From Thermodesulfobacteriota bacterium (GTDB lineage Bacteria; Desulfobacterota_D; UBA1144; Nemesobacterales; CSP1-2): a stretch of 64,000 nucleotides of DNA. Of this stretch, positions 40,799-53,116 are shown one piece after another (positions within the stretch are counted from its first letter, which is position 1; each line of letters opens with the position of its first letter). The stretch spans positions 4,738 through 68,737 of the forward strand of contig JBAUII010000068.1 of the NCBI GenBank assembly GCA_049682815.1. Direction: 5' to 3'. A program made the translations under genes and the position numbers. The notes under the pieces are model-generated. The model ran no database searches. It was not told the origin of the DNA and worked only from the letters and a program-made list of their open reading frames with translations.

Positions 40799-41143
40799 AT
40801 GGATAATTGTATATTTTGTAATATAGTAAAAAAGGAAGCCGAATGCGACATAGTTTACGAAGATCACGACTCTATAGCATTTACCGATATAAATAAGCAA
40901 GCGCCGGTCCACATACTGGTAATTCCGAAGAAGCATATACGCTCACTATCCGAGATTAAAGATGCTGACCTGCCTATCATCGGACATCTATTCGATGTTG
41001 CAAATAATGTGGCAGAGCAACAGGGGATAAGCAAAAAGGGATACAGACTGGTCATAAATTGTGGCATAGAGAGTGGACAGTCAGTATGGCATCTTCACAT
41101 ACATGTATTAGGGGGGCGGAGAATGACCTGGCCGCCCGGTTGA
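40799..41143 (+). CDS. HIT-family (histidine triad) nucleotide hydrolase
   Basis: HLHIHVLGG histidine-triad motif. Confidence 0.8.
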   Translation: MDNCIFCNIVKKEAECDIVYEDHDSIAFTDINKQAPVHILVIPKKHIRSLSEIKDADLPIIGHLFDVANNVAEQQGISKKGYRLVINCGIESGQSVWHLHIHVLGGRRMTWPPG

Positions 41144-41184
41144 TACATCGATGCCCAAAATCCATAAGAGCCGGATACTGAAAA

Positions 41185-42465
41185 ATGCGTAACGCCGTTA
41201 ACTACCTCAACTCTCTTGGTGCACACAGGATAAATCTGAGTCTTGATAGGATTTCGAAAATTCTTGAAGCCTTTGATAATCCTCATAATAAATTAGCCTC
41301 AATTATAATTGCCGGAACAAACGGCAAAGGTTCCGTAGCAGCCATCACAGCATCCATACTGAGTGCTGCCGGCTTCAAGGTTGGTCTCTACACATCTCCT
41401 CATCTGGTTAACATTTCAGAGAGAATAACAGTAAATGACGAAGTGATATTCCCTAGCGATCTGAGTCGATTAATAATGAAGATTAAGGGAAAGGCTTCGA
41501 TGATCTTGACCGAACAACCGACTTATTTTGAGGTATTAACGGCTGTTGCATTTCAATTTTTTCATGAAAAACAGGTGGATTGCGCAGTGCTTGAAGTAGG
41601 TATGGGCGGGAGATTTGACGCGACAAACGTAGCAAACCCAATCGTTTCTGTCATAACGAACATTCACTTGGATCATACTGAGTATCTCGGAAACAATATC
41701 GAGAAGATCGCCTACGAAAAGTCGGGAGTGATTAAATATGGAGTGCCGGTTGTCACTGGGGCAGATGGATCGGCGCTGGATGTTATAAGGACCGTAGCAG
41801 AGAAAAAATCTGCCAGCGTCTTGTATATGGGAAGGGATTTCTCCACAAAGTCAGAAAACTCAGCTTACTTTGACTATAGGGGTCATTCATTCAATTTAAT
41901 AAACCTTCACCTCAGCCTTCCGGGCTTATATCAGGTGAATAATGCAGCATTGGCAATCGCTACAATAGAAACCCTGTGCGAACGTTATGGAATAGACATA
42001 GATGAGAAAAGTTTAAGGACAGGACTTTCAACCGCCACTTGGGAAGGCAGGATGGAGACACTTACATTAAATCCCCCTTTGATCCTAGACGGCGCGCATA
42101 ATCCTTCTGCCGCATATGCATTAAGAAGCTCACTTACGCATGCCTATCCTGAGCAGAAATTTCTATTCTTAATAGGAATGCTCGCCGACAAGGATCACGA
42201 AAATTATGTAAAACAATTATCACCCATCACAGAAGGTATGATAATCACGGAGATTCCATCGGAGAGACGTATGCCTTCAGAAGATCTTGCAAGAATTGCA
42301 GGAAGTTATGTTGACAGCATAAGAGTGATAAAAGATTCCGAAGCGGCTTTTGTCGAGCTTAAGAAGCATAATGCTACCCCAGCCTGCATCACTGGCTCTC
42401 TATATCTTATCGGCGCCATAAAGAAATTAATCAAGGGAAACCCTGAGAGTATTAGAAAAGAATGA
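41185..42465 (+). CDS. folC: Folylpolyglutamate synthase / dihydrofolate synthase
   Basis: Mur-ligase P-loop GTNGKGS and DxTxE-type metal motifs. Confidence 0.85.
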   Translation: MRNAVNYLNSLGAHRINLSLDRISKILEAFDNPHNKLASIIIAGTNGKGSVAAITASILSAAGFKVGLYTSPHLVNISERITVNDEVIFPSDLSRLIMKIKGKASMILTEQPTYFEVLTAVAFQFFHEKQVDCAVLEVGMGGRFDATNVANPIVSVITNIHLDHTEYLGNNIEKIAYEKSGVIKYGVPVVTGADGSALDVIRTVAEKKSASVLYMGRDFSTKSENSAYFDYRGHSFNLINLHLSLPGLYQVNNAALAIATIETLCERYGIDIDEKSLRTGLSTATWEGRMETLTLNPPLILDGAHNPSAAYALRSSLTHAYPEQKFLFLIGMLADKDHENYVKQLSPITEGMIITEIPSERRMPSEDLARIAGSYVDSIRVIKDSEAAFVELKKHNATPACITGSLYLIGAIKKLIKGNPESIRKE

Positions 42466-42594
42466 AAGTTAGTATAAAATATGGAGACCTATATCGTATC
42501 CAAATCCCGTCATCGTCTCTTTTCCAATTGGAGGTCGTAGATTAAAAAGCTAGGGATATTTCTCGATAATCTTTATTTTCAACACGACAATGGC

Positions 42595-43575
42595 ATGGGT
42601 CACCCAGAGTCCCAGGACCGTCTCTTGGCCATCTGGGACATGCTTCAGGAAACTAACCTAACTGAAGAGCTGGAAGTATTGGAGCCCAGGGATGCGACCA
42701 AGGAAGAGATATGCCTGGTTCACGATCCAAAATACTTTGATATGATAAAATCTACGAGTGGCAAGCCTAGGGTATATTTAGACACCGACACATCTACCTG
42801 CCCGGTATCGTTCGCTGCAGCGGTTCGTGCAGCGGGAGGTATGTTATCTGCTGTTGATGCCATACTCACCAAGGAAATTGATATAGCATTTCCGTTGGTG
42901 CGTCCTCCGGGACATCATGCTGAAAAAAATATGGCAATGGGATTCTGTCTCTTCAACAACGTTGCAATAGGAGCATCCTATATTATTAGTTCAGGTAATT
43001 TTAAAAGAGTCTTAATTGTGGACTGGGATCTCCATCATGGAAATGGTACTCAGAATATGTTTTATGGTTCGGGAGAAGTTCTCTACTTCTCGACCCATCA
43101 GTATCCCCATTATCCAGGCACTGGTTCTGTCAAAGAAGTCGGCATCGGCGATGGCACAGGGTACAACATCAATGTACCACTTCCTGCGGGTATGGGGGAT
43201 ACAGAATATGCGAAAATCTTCTTTGAAATTCTCGGACCCGTTATAGGGCAATTCCGCCCTGAGTTTATCTTGGTCTCAGCGGGTTTCGATACCTATTTTG
43301 AAGATCCGCTAGGCGGTATGAATATAACGCCAAAGGGATTCGCACAGATGACAAGGTTTTTAAAGGAAGCCGCAGAAACGCATAGCGACGGAAACATTAT
43401 TCTCATTCTTGAAGGTGGATATAATCTTGAGGGTCTCTGGCTCTCGACAAGAGAGGTCATAGAGGAATTGATAGAGAAAAAGAAGACGGACTACCCTCGA
43501 ACAGACCTGACGACGAGCGCGGATTCCATAATCGCAGATGTAAAGAGTACACACTCGAAGTACTGGAAATTTTAA
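42595..43575 (+). CDS. Histone deacetylase-family (arginase/deacetylase fold) protein, AcuC/Aph-like
   Basis: RPPGHHA, the DWDLHHGNGTQ zinc site and the GGYNL motif. Confidence 0.8.
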   Translation: MGHPESQDRLLAIWDMLQETNLTEELEVLEPRDATKEEICLVHDPKYFDMIKSTSGKPRVYLDTDTSTCPVSFAAAVRAAGGMLSAVDAILTKEIDIAFPLVRPPGHHAEKNMAMGFCLFNNVAIGASYIISSGNFKRVLIVDWDLHHGNGTQNMFYGSGEVLYFSTHQYPHYPGTGSVKEVGIGDGTGYNINVPLPAGMGDTEYAKIFFEILGPVIGQFRPEFILVSAGFDTYFEDPLGGMNITPKGFAQMTRFLKEAAETHSDGNIILILEGGYNLEGLWLSTREVIEELIEKKKTDYPRTDLTTSADSIIADVKSTHSKYWKF

Positions 43576-44399
43576 ACATTCCTCCGCACCCTTCTTATAT
43601 CATCGCCCTTCAGGTGAATAAATTCACACATTTCATGGAGTCTGGATGTTATCCTTTTGCCAACCCTTAACTCAAGTATTTCATAATCCTCAATCACCGG
43701 ACCCTTCGTATAATCACTTCTTGAAACAAAGTTAGTTGTTACGAGTGTAATCTTTGAAGCGTTGTATCTCTTCGAGATCAACTGATCCAGTATGTTTAAT
43801 TCCCAGTCACTACTCTTACCCTTTCCTAATTCGTCAATTGCCAAGACCTCCGCTTCGATTAGTGGGTTTAGCACCTCGATCTCCGGCGTCCCAAGTGAGT
43901 AAGCCTTTTTAAGTTCCGATAGAAGATCAAAGAAATCCTGAAACATACACCTTACACCATACCTCAGGGTAAGCTCAGATATCGTTCCTACCGTTAGATG
44001 TGTTTTACCGAGGCCTGGTGTCCCCATGAGCAGGAAACCCCGTTTCGTAGGATACTTCATCACGAACTCTTCCCTTGCATACTTCAGAGCCCTCTGCTGT
44101 GACTCATTATTCGATGGATCAAAGCCTGCGTCTACTTGAAGCACGTGCGAAAACTTTGCCGGTATCCCCGCCATATTGTAAAGTTTTACATTCCTTCGCA
44201 CCGTCCCGCACATCTCACAAGCTTTGGTATTGATGTAACCGGCTGAATTCCTAGTAAAGACTAAGCCAGAGGAATTGCAATCGGCGCACCGTAGTACACA
44301 ATTACACACTCTTGCATTCGCGTACTGACCCTTTTTTTCGACGAGGTACTCGTCGCCATGACAATTCTCACATTCAATTGCCTTTTTCTTCCTAACCAT
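43572..44399 (-). CDS. dnaI: DnaI/DnaC-like helicase loader (AAA+ ATPase) with N-terminal multi-CxxC zinc-binding domain
   Basis: Walker A LMGTPGLGKTHL. Several N-terminal CxxC pairs. Adjacent to a DnaD/DnaB-like gene. Confidence 0.7.
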   Translation of the reverse strand: MVRKKKAIECENCHGDEYLVEKKGQYANARVCNCVLRCADCNSSGLVFTRNSAGYINTKACEMCGTVRRNVKLYNMAGIPAKFSHVLQVDAGFDPSNNESQQRALKYAREEFVMKYPTKRGFLLMGTPGLGKTHLTVGTISELTLRYGVRCMFQDFFDLLSELKKAYSLGTPEIEVLNPLIEAEVLAIDELGKGKSSDWELNILDQLISKRYNASKITLVTTNFVSRSDYTKGPVIEDYEILELRVGKRITSRLHEMCEFIHLKGDDIRRVRRNV

Positions 44400-44405
44400 A
44401 TCTAA

Positions 44406-45068
44406 TCAATAATCCACGGCGTTGAAGTTTATTAATTGAAACTCTTTTATCAGCAACTCATTTCGAAATGAGATAAGACTTTCTAATTGCGCCCGTTTGA
44501 TCATGAATCGTTCTCTCTTGCTTATATTTGTCTCGGCTTCCTGCATGATTTTTTTCCTGTCTCCTTCCGATATGCTTTGGAAGAAGTCTTCAAAAAAATC
44601 TTCTTCTATCTCCCTTAAAACTCTAAATATGTCAGATCGATCCTCTTTAAGCAGATCTAAGACTCTTCTTCTTGATTTTATATAATGCTTCCTCACCATA
44701 TCCCTTTTTTCCGATATTATTATGCGATTGAGCTTATCCAATATTAATGTAACCAGCTCTTTACTTCCATAATTGGCATCACCCAGATCACTTTGCTGGC
44801 TAGATTTGTACTCCCGAATCAGCTCCTCTACATAAGCTGCACATTGAGTTAAACTTCGAAAATTCCGTTTTCTATCGTGCTCGTCAGTAAAGCCTTTCTC
44901 AAAGGCCCTTCTAATTCCCATTATGACTATGTCTTGGGGCACAGACCTCGTCCTCCAATTTACTATCAGATCATACTCTTTAGGTGAGAGCATGATGCCC
45001 TCCCCTTTTAGCTTCAAATAGTAACCCTCAATAGCTTTCACAAAATCATTAGAACTATGGCTGTTCAC
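44406..45068 (-). CDS. DnaD/DnaB(B. subtilis-type)-like replication initiation/restart protein
   Basis: Assigned by its position upstream of dnaI-like (overlapping operon) and its size. No strong motif. Low confidence. Confidence 0.4.
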   Translation of the reverse strand: MNSHSSNDFVKAIEGYYLKLKGEGIMLSPKEYDLIVNWRTRSVPQDIVIMGIRRAFEKGFTDEHDRKRNFRSLTQCAAYVEELIREYKSSQQSDLGDANYGSKELVTLILDKLNRIIISEKRDMVRKHYIKSRRRVLDLLKEDRSDIFRVLREIEEDFFEDFFQSISEGDRKKIMQEAETNISKRERFMIKRAQLESLISFRNELLIKEFQLINFNAVDY

Positions 45069-45165
45069 GGTTTTCTCCCCTTTTCGGTTCTAAAACTCTC
45101 ATCAATTGTAGGCCGGATTGTCATTAATAATTTTACCAACTCGACGGTCCGAAATAAAGACGGTT

Positions 45166-45849
45166 TCATTTCCTACCAGACTGAGTTTCTATCTTCCTTC
45201 GCATTTCTCGAATGGTCTTGGCGTAACTGTTGGTTCTGAAAATGCCAGACCCCGATACAAGCACATCGGCTCCGGCTTTTGCTAATTCACCTATATTATC
45301 CAGCTTTATTCCCCCGTCCACCTCTATCAAAGGCCTGTGACCCAATTTGTCTATAAGTTTTCTCAGGCGTTTTACCTTTGCAATCATTGATGTTATCAAG
45401 CTTTGACCTGCAAAACCGGGCTCAACCGTCATTATCAGTATTAGATCTACATAAGGAATTATTTCCTCTAATGCGGTGAGAGGGGTCAATGGGTTTAGTG
45501 CAATACCAGCCATGACGCCATGCGATTTAATCTTAGATATCGTACTGTGTAATAATTTACAGGTCTCATATTGTACCGTGACAACCTTTACAAGCGGGCC
45601 TCCGGCACGGATGTATAACTCCACGCAATCGTCTGGATTATCGATCATCAGGTGGATGTCCATCGGCGGAGATGGAATCCTCTTAAGCGCCTCGATTACC
45701 GGTACTCCAAGGCTAATATTAGGCACAAAGTGACCGTCCATTACATCTACATGGATCCACTCAGCTCCACAGTCACTGATCGCTTTTACCTCATCCCCTA
45801 ACCTGGCGAAGTCAGCTGAGAGAATTGAAGGCGCAATTATTTTGTCCAT
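45166..45849 (-). CDS. rpe: Ribulose-phosphate 3-epimerase
   Basis: SILSADFARLG...HVDVMDGHFVPN and the IEVDGG motif. Confidence 0.9.
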   Translation of the reverse strand: MDKIIAPSILSADFARLGDEVKAISDCGAEWIHVDVMDGHFVPNISLGVPVIEALKRIPSPPMDIHLMIDNPDDCVELYIRAGGPLVKVVTVQYETCKLLHSTISKIKSHGVMAGIALNPLTPLTALEEIIPYVDLILIMTVEPGFAGQSLITSMIAKVKRLRKLIDKLGHRPLIEVDGGIKLDNIGELAKAGADVLVSGSGIFRTNSYAKTIREMRRKIETQSGRK

Positions 45850-46106
45850 ATCCCGCTATACGATGCTTCTCAGAGAAAATATTCTGAAAGCTTCCAATAT
45901 ACTTGAAGTTAGCCCTAAAGATTAGGTATCAAAGAATGCATGCTAAATCCACACTTAATGCTACTACATTTGATCACTAATATACGATTATACCATCGGT
46001 ATTCAGCATATACGATAAGTTATTTTATTTAGATCTATTTTCATAAGTGCTAGTATGATCCTCAATTAAATTGACTCAATACAACAATAATGAATCCGAA
46101 AAATGC

Positions 46107-46134
46107 TTGACTTAATTAGTTAAAGGATTATATT
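46107..46134 (+). promoter_or_regulatory. Sigma-70-like promoter upstream of metK (TTGACT - 16 nt - TATATT)
   Basis: A -35 TTGACT at 46107 and a -10 TATATT at 46129, placed about 45 nt upstream of the metK ATG. Confidence 0.45.
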
Positions 46135-46176
46135 TTTGGCTTTTAAAGGCGGCTTTTTTGCTGGGAGACAATTCGT

Positions 46177-47337
46177 ATGGCTCAAAAAGATTTCATATTC
46201 ACCTCTGAATCTGTAACAGAAGGGCATCCTGATAAGATGGCTGATCAGATTTCGGATGCAGTACTCGACGCAATCATTGCGCAGGATCCAAACGGCAGAG
46301 TAGCTTGTGAAACCCTCTTGACCACGGGGTTGGTTGTTGTAGCGGGCGAACGCACAACCACCGCGAATGTAGACATTTCAGAAGTGGTGAGGGAAACAAT
46401 AAGAAATATAGGATATGTAAATGGGTCAATGGGATTTGATGCCGAGAATTGCGGTGTTCTGATGGTAATGGGCAAACAGTCTCCAGACATTGCGCTCGGT
46501 GTTAATCCCTCGGAGGATAAGGAACAAGGTGCGGGGGACCAGGGACTCATGTTTGGCTATGCAATAAATGAGACCCCTGAACTCATGCCAACTCCGATCA
46601 TGTATTCCCACAAACTCGCAAGACGCCTCAGCGAGGTGAGAAAGAACGGCACCCTCCCCTTCCTGAGGCCAGACGGAAAGACCCAGGTAACTGTCAGGTA
46701 CGAAAACAATATACCAAGATCCATCGAAACAATTGTTGTATCATCTCAACATTCGCCCGATGTATCCAACTCGACAATTTATGAAGACATCGTAGAGAAT
46801 GTTATAAGACCGGTAATCCCTGAAGAACTTTTGTCTTCAAGAACAAAGATCTTTATAAACCCAACTGGCAGGTTTGTGGTAGGAGGCCCGAAAGGGGACG
46901 CGGGGCTAACCGGAAGAAAAATCATCATAGACACTTACGGTGGATGGGCAAGACATGGGGGCGGTGCATTCTCCGGAAAGGATCCTTCAAAGGTTGATCG
47001 AAGTGCCAGTTATATGGCTCGATATATTGCCAAGAATGTTATTGCAGCAGGTCTGGCAATGAAGTGCGAGGTACAGGTCGCCTATGCAATTGGTATTGCC
47101 GAGCCCGTTTCAGTCATGGTCGATACATTTGATACAGGGCTCGTCCCAGAAGACAAGATTTCAAGGGGTATAAGAGAGATCTTTGACCTGAGACCCGCTG
47201 AAATAATAAAGGCACTTAAACTACTTAGACCCATATATCAGAAGACAGCCGCATATGGACATTTCGGAAGAGAAGAACCGGATTTCACCTGGGAGGCAAT
47301 CGACAAGACAGAATTATTGAGAAAGGCAGTTCAATAG
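46177..47337 (+). CDS. metK: S-adenosylmethionine synthetase
   Basis: GHPDK, GAGDQG, and the [10 protein letters not shown]-loop. Confidence 0.9.
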   Translation: MAQKDFIFTSESVTEGHPDKMADQISDAVLDAIIAQDPNGRVACETLLTTGLVVVAGERTTTANVDISEVVRETIRNIGYVNGSMGFDAENCGVLMVMGKQSPDIALGVNPSEDKEQGAGDQGLMFGYAINETPELMPTPIMYSHKLARRLSEVRKNGTLPFLRPDGKTQVTVRYENNIPRSIETIVVSSQHSPDVSNSTIYEDIVENVIRPVIPEELLSSRTKIFINPTGRFVVGGPKGDAGLTGRKIIIDTYGGWARHGGGAFSGKDPSKVDRSASYMARYIAKNVIAAGLAMKCEVQVAYAIGIAEPVSVMVDTFDTGLVPEDKISRGIREIFDLRPAEIIKALKLLRPIYQKTAAYGHFGREEPDFTWEAIDKTELLRKAVQ

Positions 47338-47376
47338 TTGAGATGCCAAAAATTTAAACCAGATTGGTGACGTTAA

Positions 47377-48729
<1,353 letters not shown>

Positions 48730-48751
48730 TCTTTCAGATTTAAATCTTAGG

Positions 48752-49639
48752 ATGAATAATCTTGTAGATTCATTTCTCTCTTATCAGGCCGCGGTAAAAG
48801 GGCTGTCAAAAAACACACTGGAATCATATGGAAGGGATGTCTTAAAATTTGTAGATTACCTCGAGAAGAGAAATATATCCGGGATCGAGGACGTTAAGTA
48901 CAATAACATTCTGGAATATGTGACTACTCTCCAGGAAGAACGTATCAATATCAGGTCGGTTGCACGTAATCTGGTTTCTCTTAAGCAGTTCTTTAAATTT
49001 TTACTTCTTGAGAAAATCATAGTCGAAGATCCCAGCCTTCACGTAAAAACACCAAAAATGAAGAGAAGCATTCCAGGCTTCCTATCATTAGAAGATGTGG
49101 AAAGGCTCCTCTCCTCGCCCAATCCGGCGTCATATGAAGGGATAAGAGACAGAGCTATGCTGGAGATACTATACGCCTGCGGCATCAGGGCATCAGAACT
49201 TGTGAATCTTGAACTCAATAGTGTAAACTTTGAGCTGGGTTACCTGATTGTATATGGCAAGGGTTCAAAGGAAAGATTGGTGCCAACGGGTGAGAAGGCC
49301 AGAACTGCCTTGAAAGATTACCTGGCTCTATCGAGACCAAATATTCTTAAAACAAGAAGCTCACCTTGCCTGTTTGTTACCAGACGCGGGGAAGGAATGA
49401 CTCGTCAGGGGTTTTGGAAGATTCTGAAAAACTACGCAATCAAGTGTGGTATAAGTAAGAAGATAAGCCCTCATACTATAAGGCATTCTTTTGCTACACA
49501 TTTGCTGGAGAGAGGGGCGGACCTGAGAACAATCCAGATCATGCTCGGACATTCTGATATTTCGACGACACAGATTTATACACATATCGCCAAAGAGAGA
49601 CTAAAGGAGATACATAGAAAGTATCACCCTAGATCTTGA
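48752..49639 (+). CDS. xerD: Tyrosine site-specific recombinase XerD/XerC
   Basis: R..HxxR...Y catalytic residues (HTIRHSFATHLL ... TQIYTH). Immediately upstream of scpA-scpB, as in the conserved xerD-scpA-scpB arrangement. Confidence 0.8.
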   Translation: MNNLVDSFLSYQAAVKGLSKNTLESYGRDVLKFVDYLEKRNISGIEDVKYNNILEYVTTLQEERINIRSVARNLVSLKQFFKFLLLEKIIVEDPSLHVKTPKMKRSIPGFLSLEDVERLLSSPNPASYEGIRDRAMLEILYACGIRASELVNLELNSVNFELGYLIVYGKGSKERLVPTGEKARTALKDYLALSRPNILKTRSSPCLFVTRRGEGMTRQGFWKILKNYAIKCGISKKISPHTIRHSFATHLLERGADLRTIQIMLGHSDISTTQIYTHIAKERLKEIHRKYHPRS

Positions 49640-49688
49640 ATGTGATTTTCTTTTTATCGTTATTATATACAGTAAATAGAACTTATAT

Positions 49689-50366
49689 ATGGATTTCAAC
49701 TATAAACTCATAATAATCCAGGCTCCTGTTATTCTATTCGCGCTCACGATTCATGAGTATTGCCATGGCCTGGTTGCCAATTATTTGGGAGACGATACTG
49801 CGCTCAAGCAGGGTCGGCTAACCCTGAATCCCATAGCTCACCTTGATGTAATTGGCACTATTCTCATGTTTCTGGTGGGTTTTGGGTGGGCGAAGCCTGT
49901 CCCCGTAAATCCGCTTAATTTTAAAGATCCCAAAAAGGGAATGCTTCTCGTCGCGCTAGCCGGTCCTGTTTCTAACCTTTTGACCGCCATTGTTGCAGGT
50001 ATAGTTCTTAGGAATCTAATTCCCAGTATCATAACGTCAGATCATGCGATATCGGGATTTTATTCGACGCTTCTCGTGGTGATGGTTCTTACCGTCATTT
50101 ATGGAGTGGGCCTTGCGATATTCAACATACTGCCAATACCCCCGCTTGACGGCTCGCGAGTGCTTTATGGACTTTTGCCTGAAAGACATGCATATGCCTA
50201 CAGCAGGTTTGAGCCTTACGGAGTAATGGTATTATTCGCCCTCTTTTTATTCGGCGGACGTATCTTTTCGGTCGTTATTTGGTATCCCGTTTCAATAATT
50301 ACGGAACTAATTTCAGGGGTGGGATATTTTCAACTTTGGCAAGTAATCCATTATATTACTGCATGA
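49689..50366 (+). CDS. Peptidase M50-family (site-2 protease-like) membrane zinc metalloprotease
   Basis: HEYCHG (HExxH) inside a TM helix, and multiple further TM segments. Confidence 0.7.
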   Translation: MDFNYKLIIIQAPVILFALTIHEYCHGLVANYLGDDTALKQGRLTLNPIAHLDVIGTILMFLVGFGWAKPVPVNPLNFKDPKKGMLLVALAGPVSNLLTAIVAGIVLRNLIPSIITSDHAISGFYSTLLVVMVLTVIYGVGLAIFNILPIPPLDGSRVLYGLLPERHAYAYSRFEPYGVMVLFALFLFGGRIFSVVIWYPVSIITELISGVGYFQLWQVIHYITA

Positions 50367-50408
50367 ACATCGGAGAAATCATATAATATAGACATCACGG
50401 AGGCATCG

Positions 50409-51164
50409 TTGACTTCGGACAGTTCTGAGACATGCTTGGTTAAGGTACAGGCTTTCGAGGGTCCCCTGGATCTCCTATTACACCTTATCAAAAAACACGA
50501 GATCAACATTTATGACATACCAGTGGCTTTAATCACACAGCAATATCTTGAATACCTGAACTTGATGAAAGAGTTGAATTTAGAGATCGTTGGAGACTAT
50601 TTGATAATCGCGGCGGAGCTCGGGCATATCAAATCAAAGATGCTGCTGCCAAAGTCTGATGACGATGATGAAATTGAAGAAGACGATCCCAGAGCCGATC
50701 TGGTAAGAAGGCTTATTGAGTACCAGATGTATCAAGAAGCGGCTGAGCAGTTGTCCAGGCTTGAAACCCTGGAAAGGGATGTGTTTACAAGATCGTACGA
50801 GGACGACACGGCTGATAACGCGAGTCAGCTATTGAAGGTTGATCTCTGGTCTTTAATCGATTCTTTAAGAGAGGTATTCAAGCGAAGAAATCTGAATATA
50901 TCGGAGGGAATACAATTTGATATTGAAACAGTAACACTGGACGAGAGGATTCGCGAGGTCAACTCTATACTTATTTCAAAAAAGGAAATGAAGTTTGAGG
51001 ACCTGTTTAGAAAAAATGCGTCAAGATTGGAGCTGATAATTACATTTCTCGCTATTTTAGAGCTTATAAGAACTCGTACAATAAGTGCATATCAGGAATA
51101 TCCGTTTGGACCGATAAAATTAGCCTACGAGGGAGAACCCATAAGTTGGAAAAACAATACTTAA
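50409..51164 (+). CDS. scpA: Segregation and condensation protein A
   Basis: FEGPLDLLLHLI N-terminal motif. An acidic central stretch. Confidence 0.85.
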   Translation: MTSDSSETCLVKVQAFEGPLDLLLHLIKKHEINIYDIPVALITQQYLEYLNLMKELNLEIVGDYLIIAAELGHIKSKMLLPKSDDDDEIEEDDPRADLVRRLIEYQMYQEAAEQLSRLETLERDVFTRSYEDDTADNASQLLKVDLWSLIDSLREVFKRRNLNISEGIQFDIETVTLDERIREVNSILISKKEMKFEDLFRKNASRLELIITFLAILELIRTRTISAYQEYPFGPIKLAYEGEPISWKNNT

Positions 51165-51706
51165 AAAAGGTGATTGAGTGCATCATCTTTGTTTCAGAAA
51201 AACCCCTTTCAATTCAGAGGCTTCTGAAGGTATTACCTGAAACAAAGAAAAGTGAAATTACTGAGTGTATCGAGGAATTGATAAGCGAATGGAATTCGCT
51301 GGATAGGGGATTTAGATTACATGAGGTTGCCAACGGTTATCAGTTTAGAACCAATTCGGAATTTAGTGATGAAATCATCCGTTTTAAAGCGATTAAGCCA
51401 TTCCGTCTGAGTCGTCCGGCTCTGGAGGCGCTCGCAATAATCGCCTATAATCAGCCCATCACAAGGCTTGAGGTCGATCAGATTAGGGGAGTCGATTCAA
51501 CAGGTGTCATAGGGGCTCTCTTGGAAAAACGCCTCATCGAAATCAGTGGTAGGAAGGAGGTGATCGGAAGACCATTCCTGTATGCAACCACCAGCGAATT
51601 TCTCGAGACCTTCGGACTCAAAAGCATGAGGGATCTCCCTAGCCTAAAGGAGCTAGAAGAGCTAGAGGCATCTTTTGAAAAACCGCTACAGGGACTCGAT
51701 GCGTGA
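51146..51706 (+). CDS. scpB: Segregation and condensation protein B
   Basis: Tandem winged-helix protein. Overlaps the scpA end. Confidence 0.85.
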   Translation: MEKQYLKKVIECIIFVSEKPLSIQRLLKVLPETKKSEITECIEELISEWNSLDRGFRLHEVANGYQFRTNSEFSDEIIRFKAIKPFRLSRPALEALAIIAYNQPITRLEVDQIRGVDSTGVIGALLEKRLIEISGRKEVIGRPFLYATTSEFLETFGLKSMRDLPSLKELEELEASFEKPLQGLDA

Positions 51707-52114
51707 CAGGATTTCTGATTCCTTTTCCCTCATTACCTTGGCTTCGTTTTTTTTCTTATGGTCATAGCCCAGCAGATGCAATATCCCATGTATCATCAAT
51801 TTGTGAATCTCATGTTCAATGCTTAGCTTCTGCAGCTTTGAACGTCTTATTGCCGTGTCAATCGAAATAATTACATCTCCAAGTATGGAATCATCGGGTC
51901 CATCCTGGGGAAAGGACAGGACATCGGTGGTCCGGTTTATGTTTCTATAATCCGCGTTCAGCTTCCGCATTTCCTCGTCGCCAACAAAAGCTACGCACAA
52001 CTCCTTATTTCCTGACACATTGAGTGTTTTAAGTATGAAAAGCGCCTTCCTTTTCAGGTTCTTCTTTTGCTCGCTCCTTAGGTAATTGACCCTGTCTAAT
52101 ATAGATAATGTCAT
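51686..52114 (-). CDS. ybeY: rRNA maturation endoribonuclease YbeY
   Basis: HGILHLLGYDH zinc motif. Confidence 0.85.
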   Translation of the reverse strand: MTLSILDRVNYLRSEQKKNLKRKALFILKTLNVSGNKELCVAFVGDEEMRKLNADYRNINRTTDVLSFPQDGPDDSILGDVIISIDTAIRRSKLQKLSIEHEIHKLMIHGILHLLGYDHKKKNEAKVMREKESEILSRIESL

Positions 52115-52227
52115 ATGGAAAAATTAAATTACCCAATTTCAATCTTCAGATCAATTTAGCGAGCAATTTCGCTTTCCCTTGCTAAAGGTTTGTAAATCTA
52201 GGTTATAATCATTCTAAACAATCCATC

Positions 52228-52977
52228 ATGCACTCAGATTATCTGTTCGAAAAAATTGAGACCCTTTTTAACAGGTCCGGGTTCAATATCGTAAGCAAGG
52301 TTAAAACAAACGACTATCACAAGAATTTTAAACACAGGGACGAACCGGATAAAGTCTTGCAAAATGGTAAATCCATCATCCTCGCTGGGTTTGCCGGTAA
52401 TGGGTTCTGGGATATCTTGCGAGCATTCTTGAGAAATAATCCTGATTCCGAAGAAACTCGAATTGATTGGATAGATGATTACACGCAAATTATATTCAAA
52501 TCGGCAGCAGAGATTTTAGACCACAGCAGTGTTTCATACGAAATGGTTTTTCCGTTTGGCATAACCGCCCTCGATCTGGACTTTATGGAACTGGGAAGAA
52601 TGTCTGGAGTAGGAGTTGACAGCCTCCTGGGAATACTTTTACATCCTGAGTATGGTCCTTGGATTTCTCTAAGGGGTTCCATAATTACCGATCTGGTATT
52701 TTCCGCTTATGATAGCCCGCTTGAGAATTTCGCGCCCTGCCCTCCTTGCCCCAAGCCATGCATTACAGCATGCCCCGCGAAAACCATATCAAACAGGGGT
52801 TGGAACTGGAATGCATGCATGGATTACCGCTTGAGTAGCGAAACCTGTGAAACCAATTGTGCATCAAGGCGAGCCTGCCCGTATGGGAAGGAGCATCAGT
52901 ATACTGGAGAACAACTCGCCCATCATCACAAATTTGTACTTAAGAGTGTAAAACAGTATCGGACGAAGAAAACATAA
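52228..52977 (+). CDS. Fe-S cluster protein, epoxyqueuosine-reductase (QueG)-like C-terminal 4Fe-4S region; function uncertain
   Basis: Cys-rich C-terminal half with CPPCPKPCITACP and CETNCASRRACP. It is shorter than canonical QueG. Confidence 0.4.
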   Translation: MHSDYLFEKIETLFNRSGFNIVSKVKTNDYHKNFKHRDEPDKVLQNGKSIILAGFAGNGFWDILRAFLRNNPDSEETRIDWIDDYTQIIFKSAAEILDHSSVSYEMVFPFGITALDLDFMELGRMSGVGVDSLLGILLHPEYGPWISLRGSIITDLVFSAYDSPLENFAPCPPCPKPCITACPAKTISNRGWNWNACMDYRLSSETCETNCASRRACPYGKEHQYTGEQLAHHHKFVLKSVKQYRTKKT

Positions 52978-53116
52978 TCATTAAGAATAGCCGATCCCCT
53001 AACTATATGTAGGGAAGGCATATATGCATTCCCTAGAATTTGGTTAAAAAAAATTCCCTTTTGTTAGGTTGATAAAACGTACGTCTTAACGTACACTTTT
53101 AATAAAGGTTATTAAA

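Noticed and set aside
45850-46176. SAM riboswitch upstream of metK
   Set aside because: No SAM-I/SAM-II conserved helices or junction motifs are recognisable. Only a plausible sigma-70 promoter is present.
48752-49639. Tyrosine recombinase as integrase of the downstream island
   Set aside because: It lies about 4.5 kb before the island, with housekeeping genes between. It sits in the conserved xerD-scpA-scpB chromosomal arrangement, so it is most likely the chromosomal XerD.
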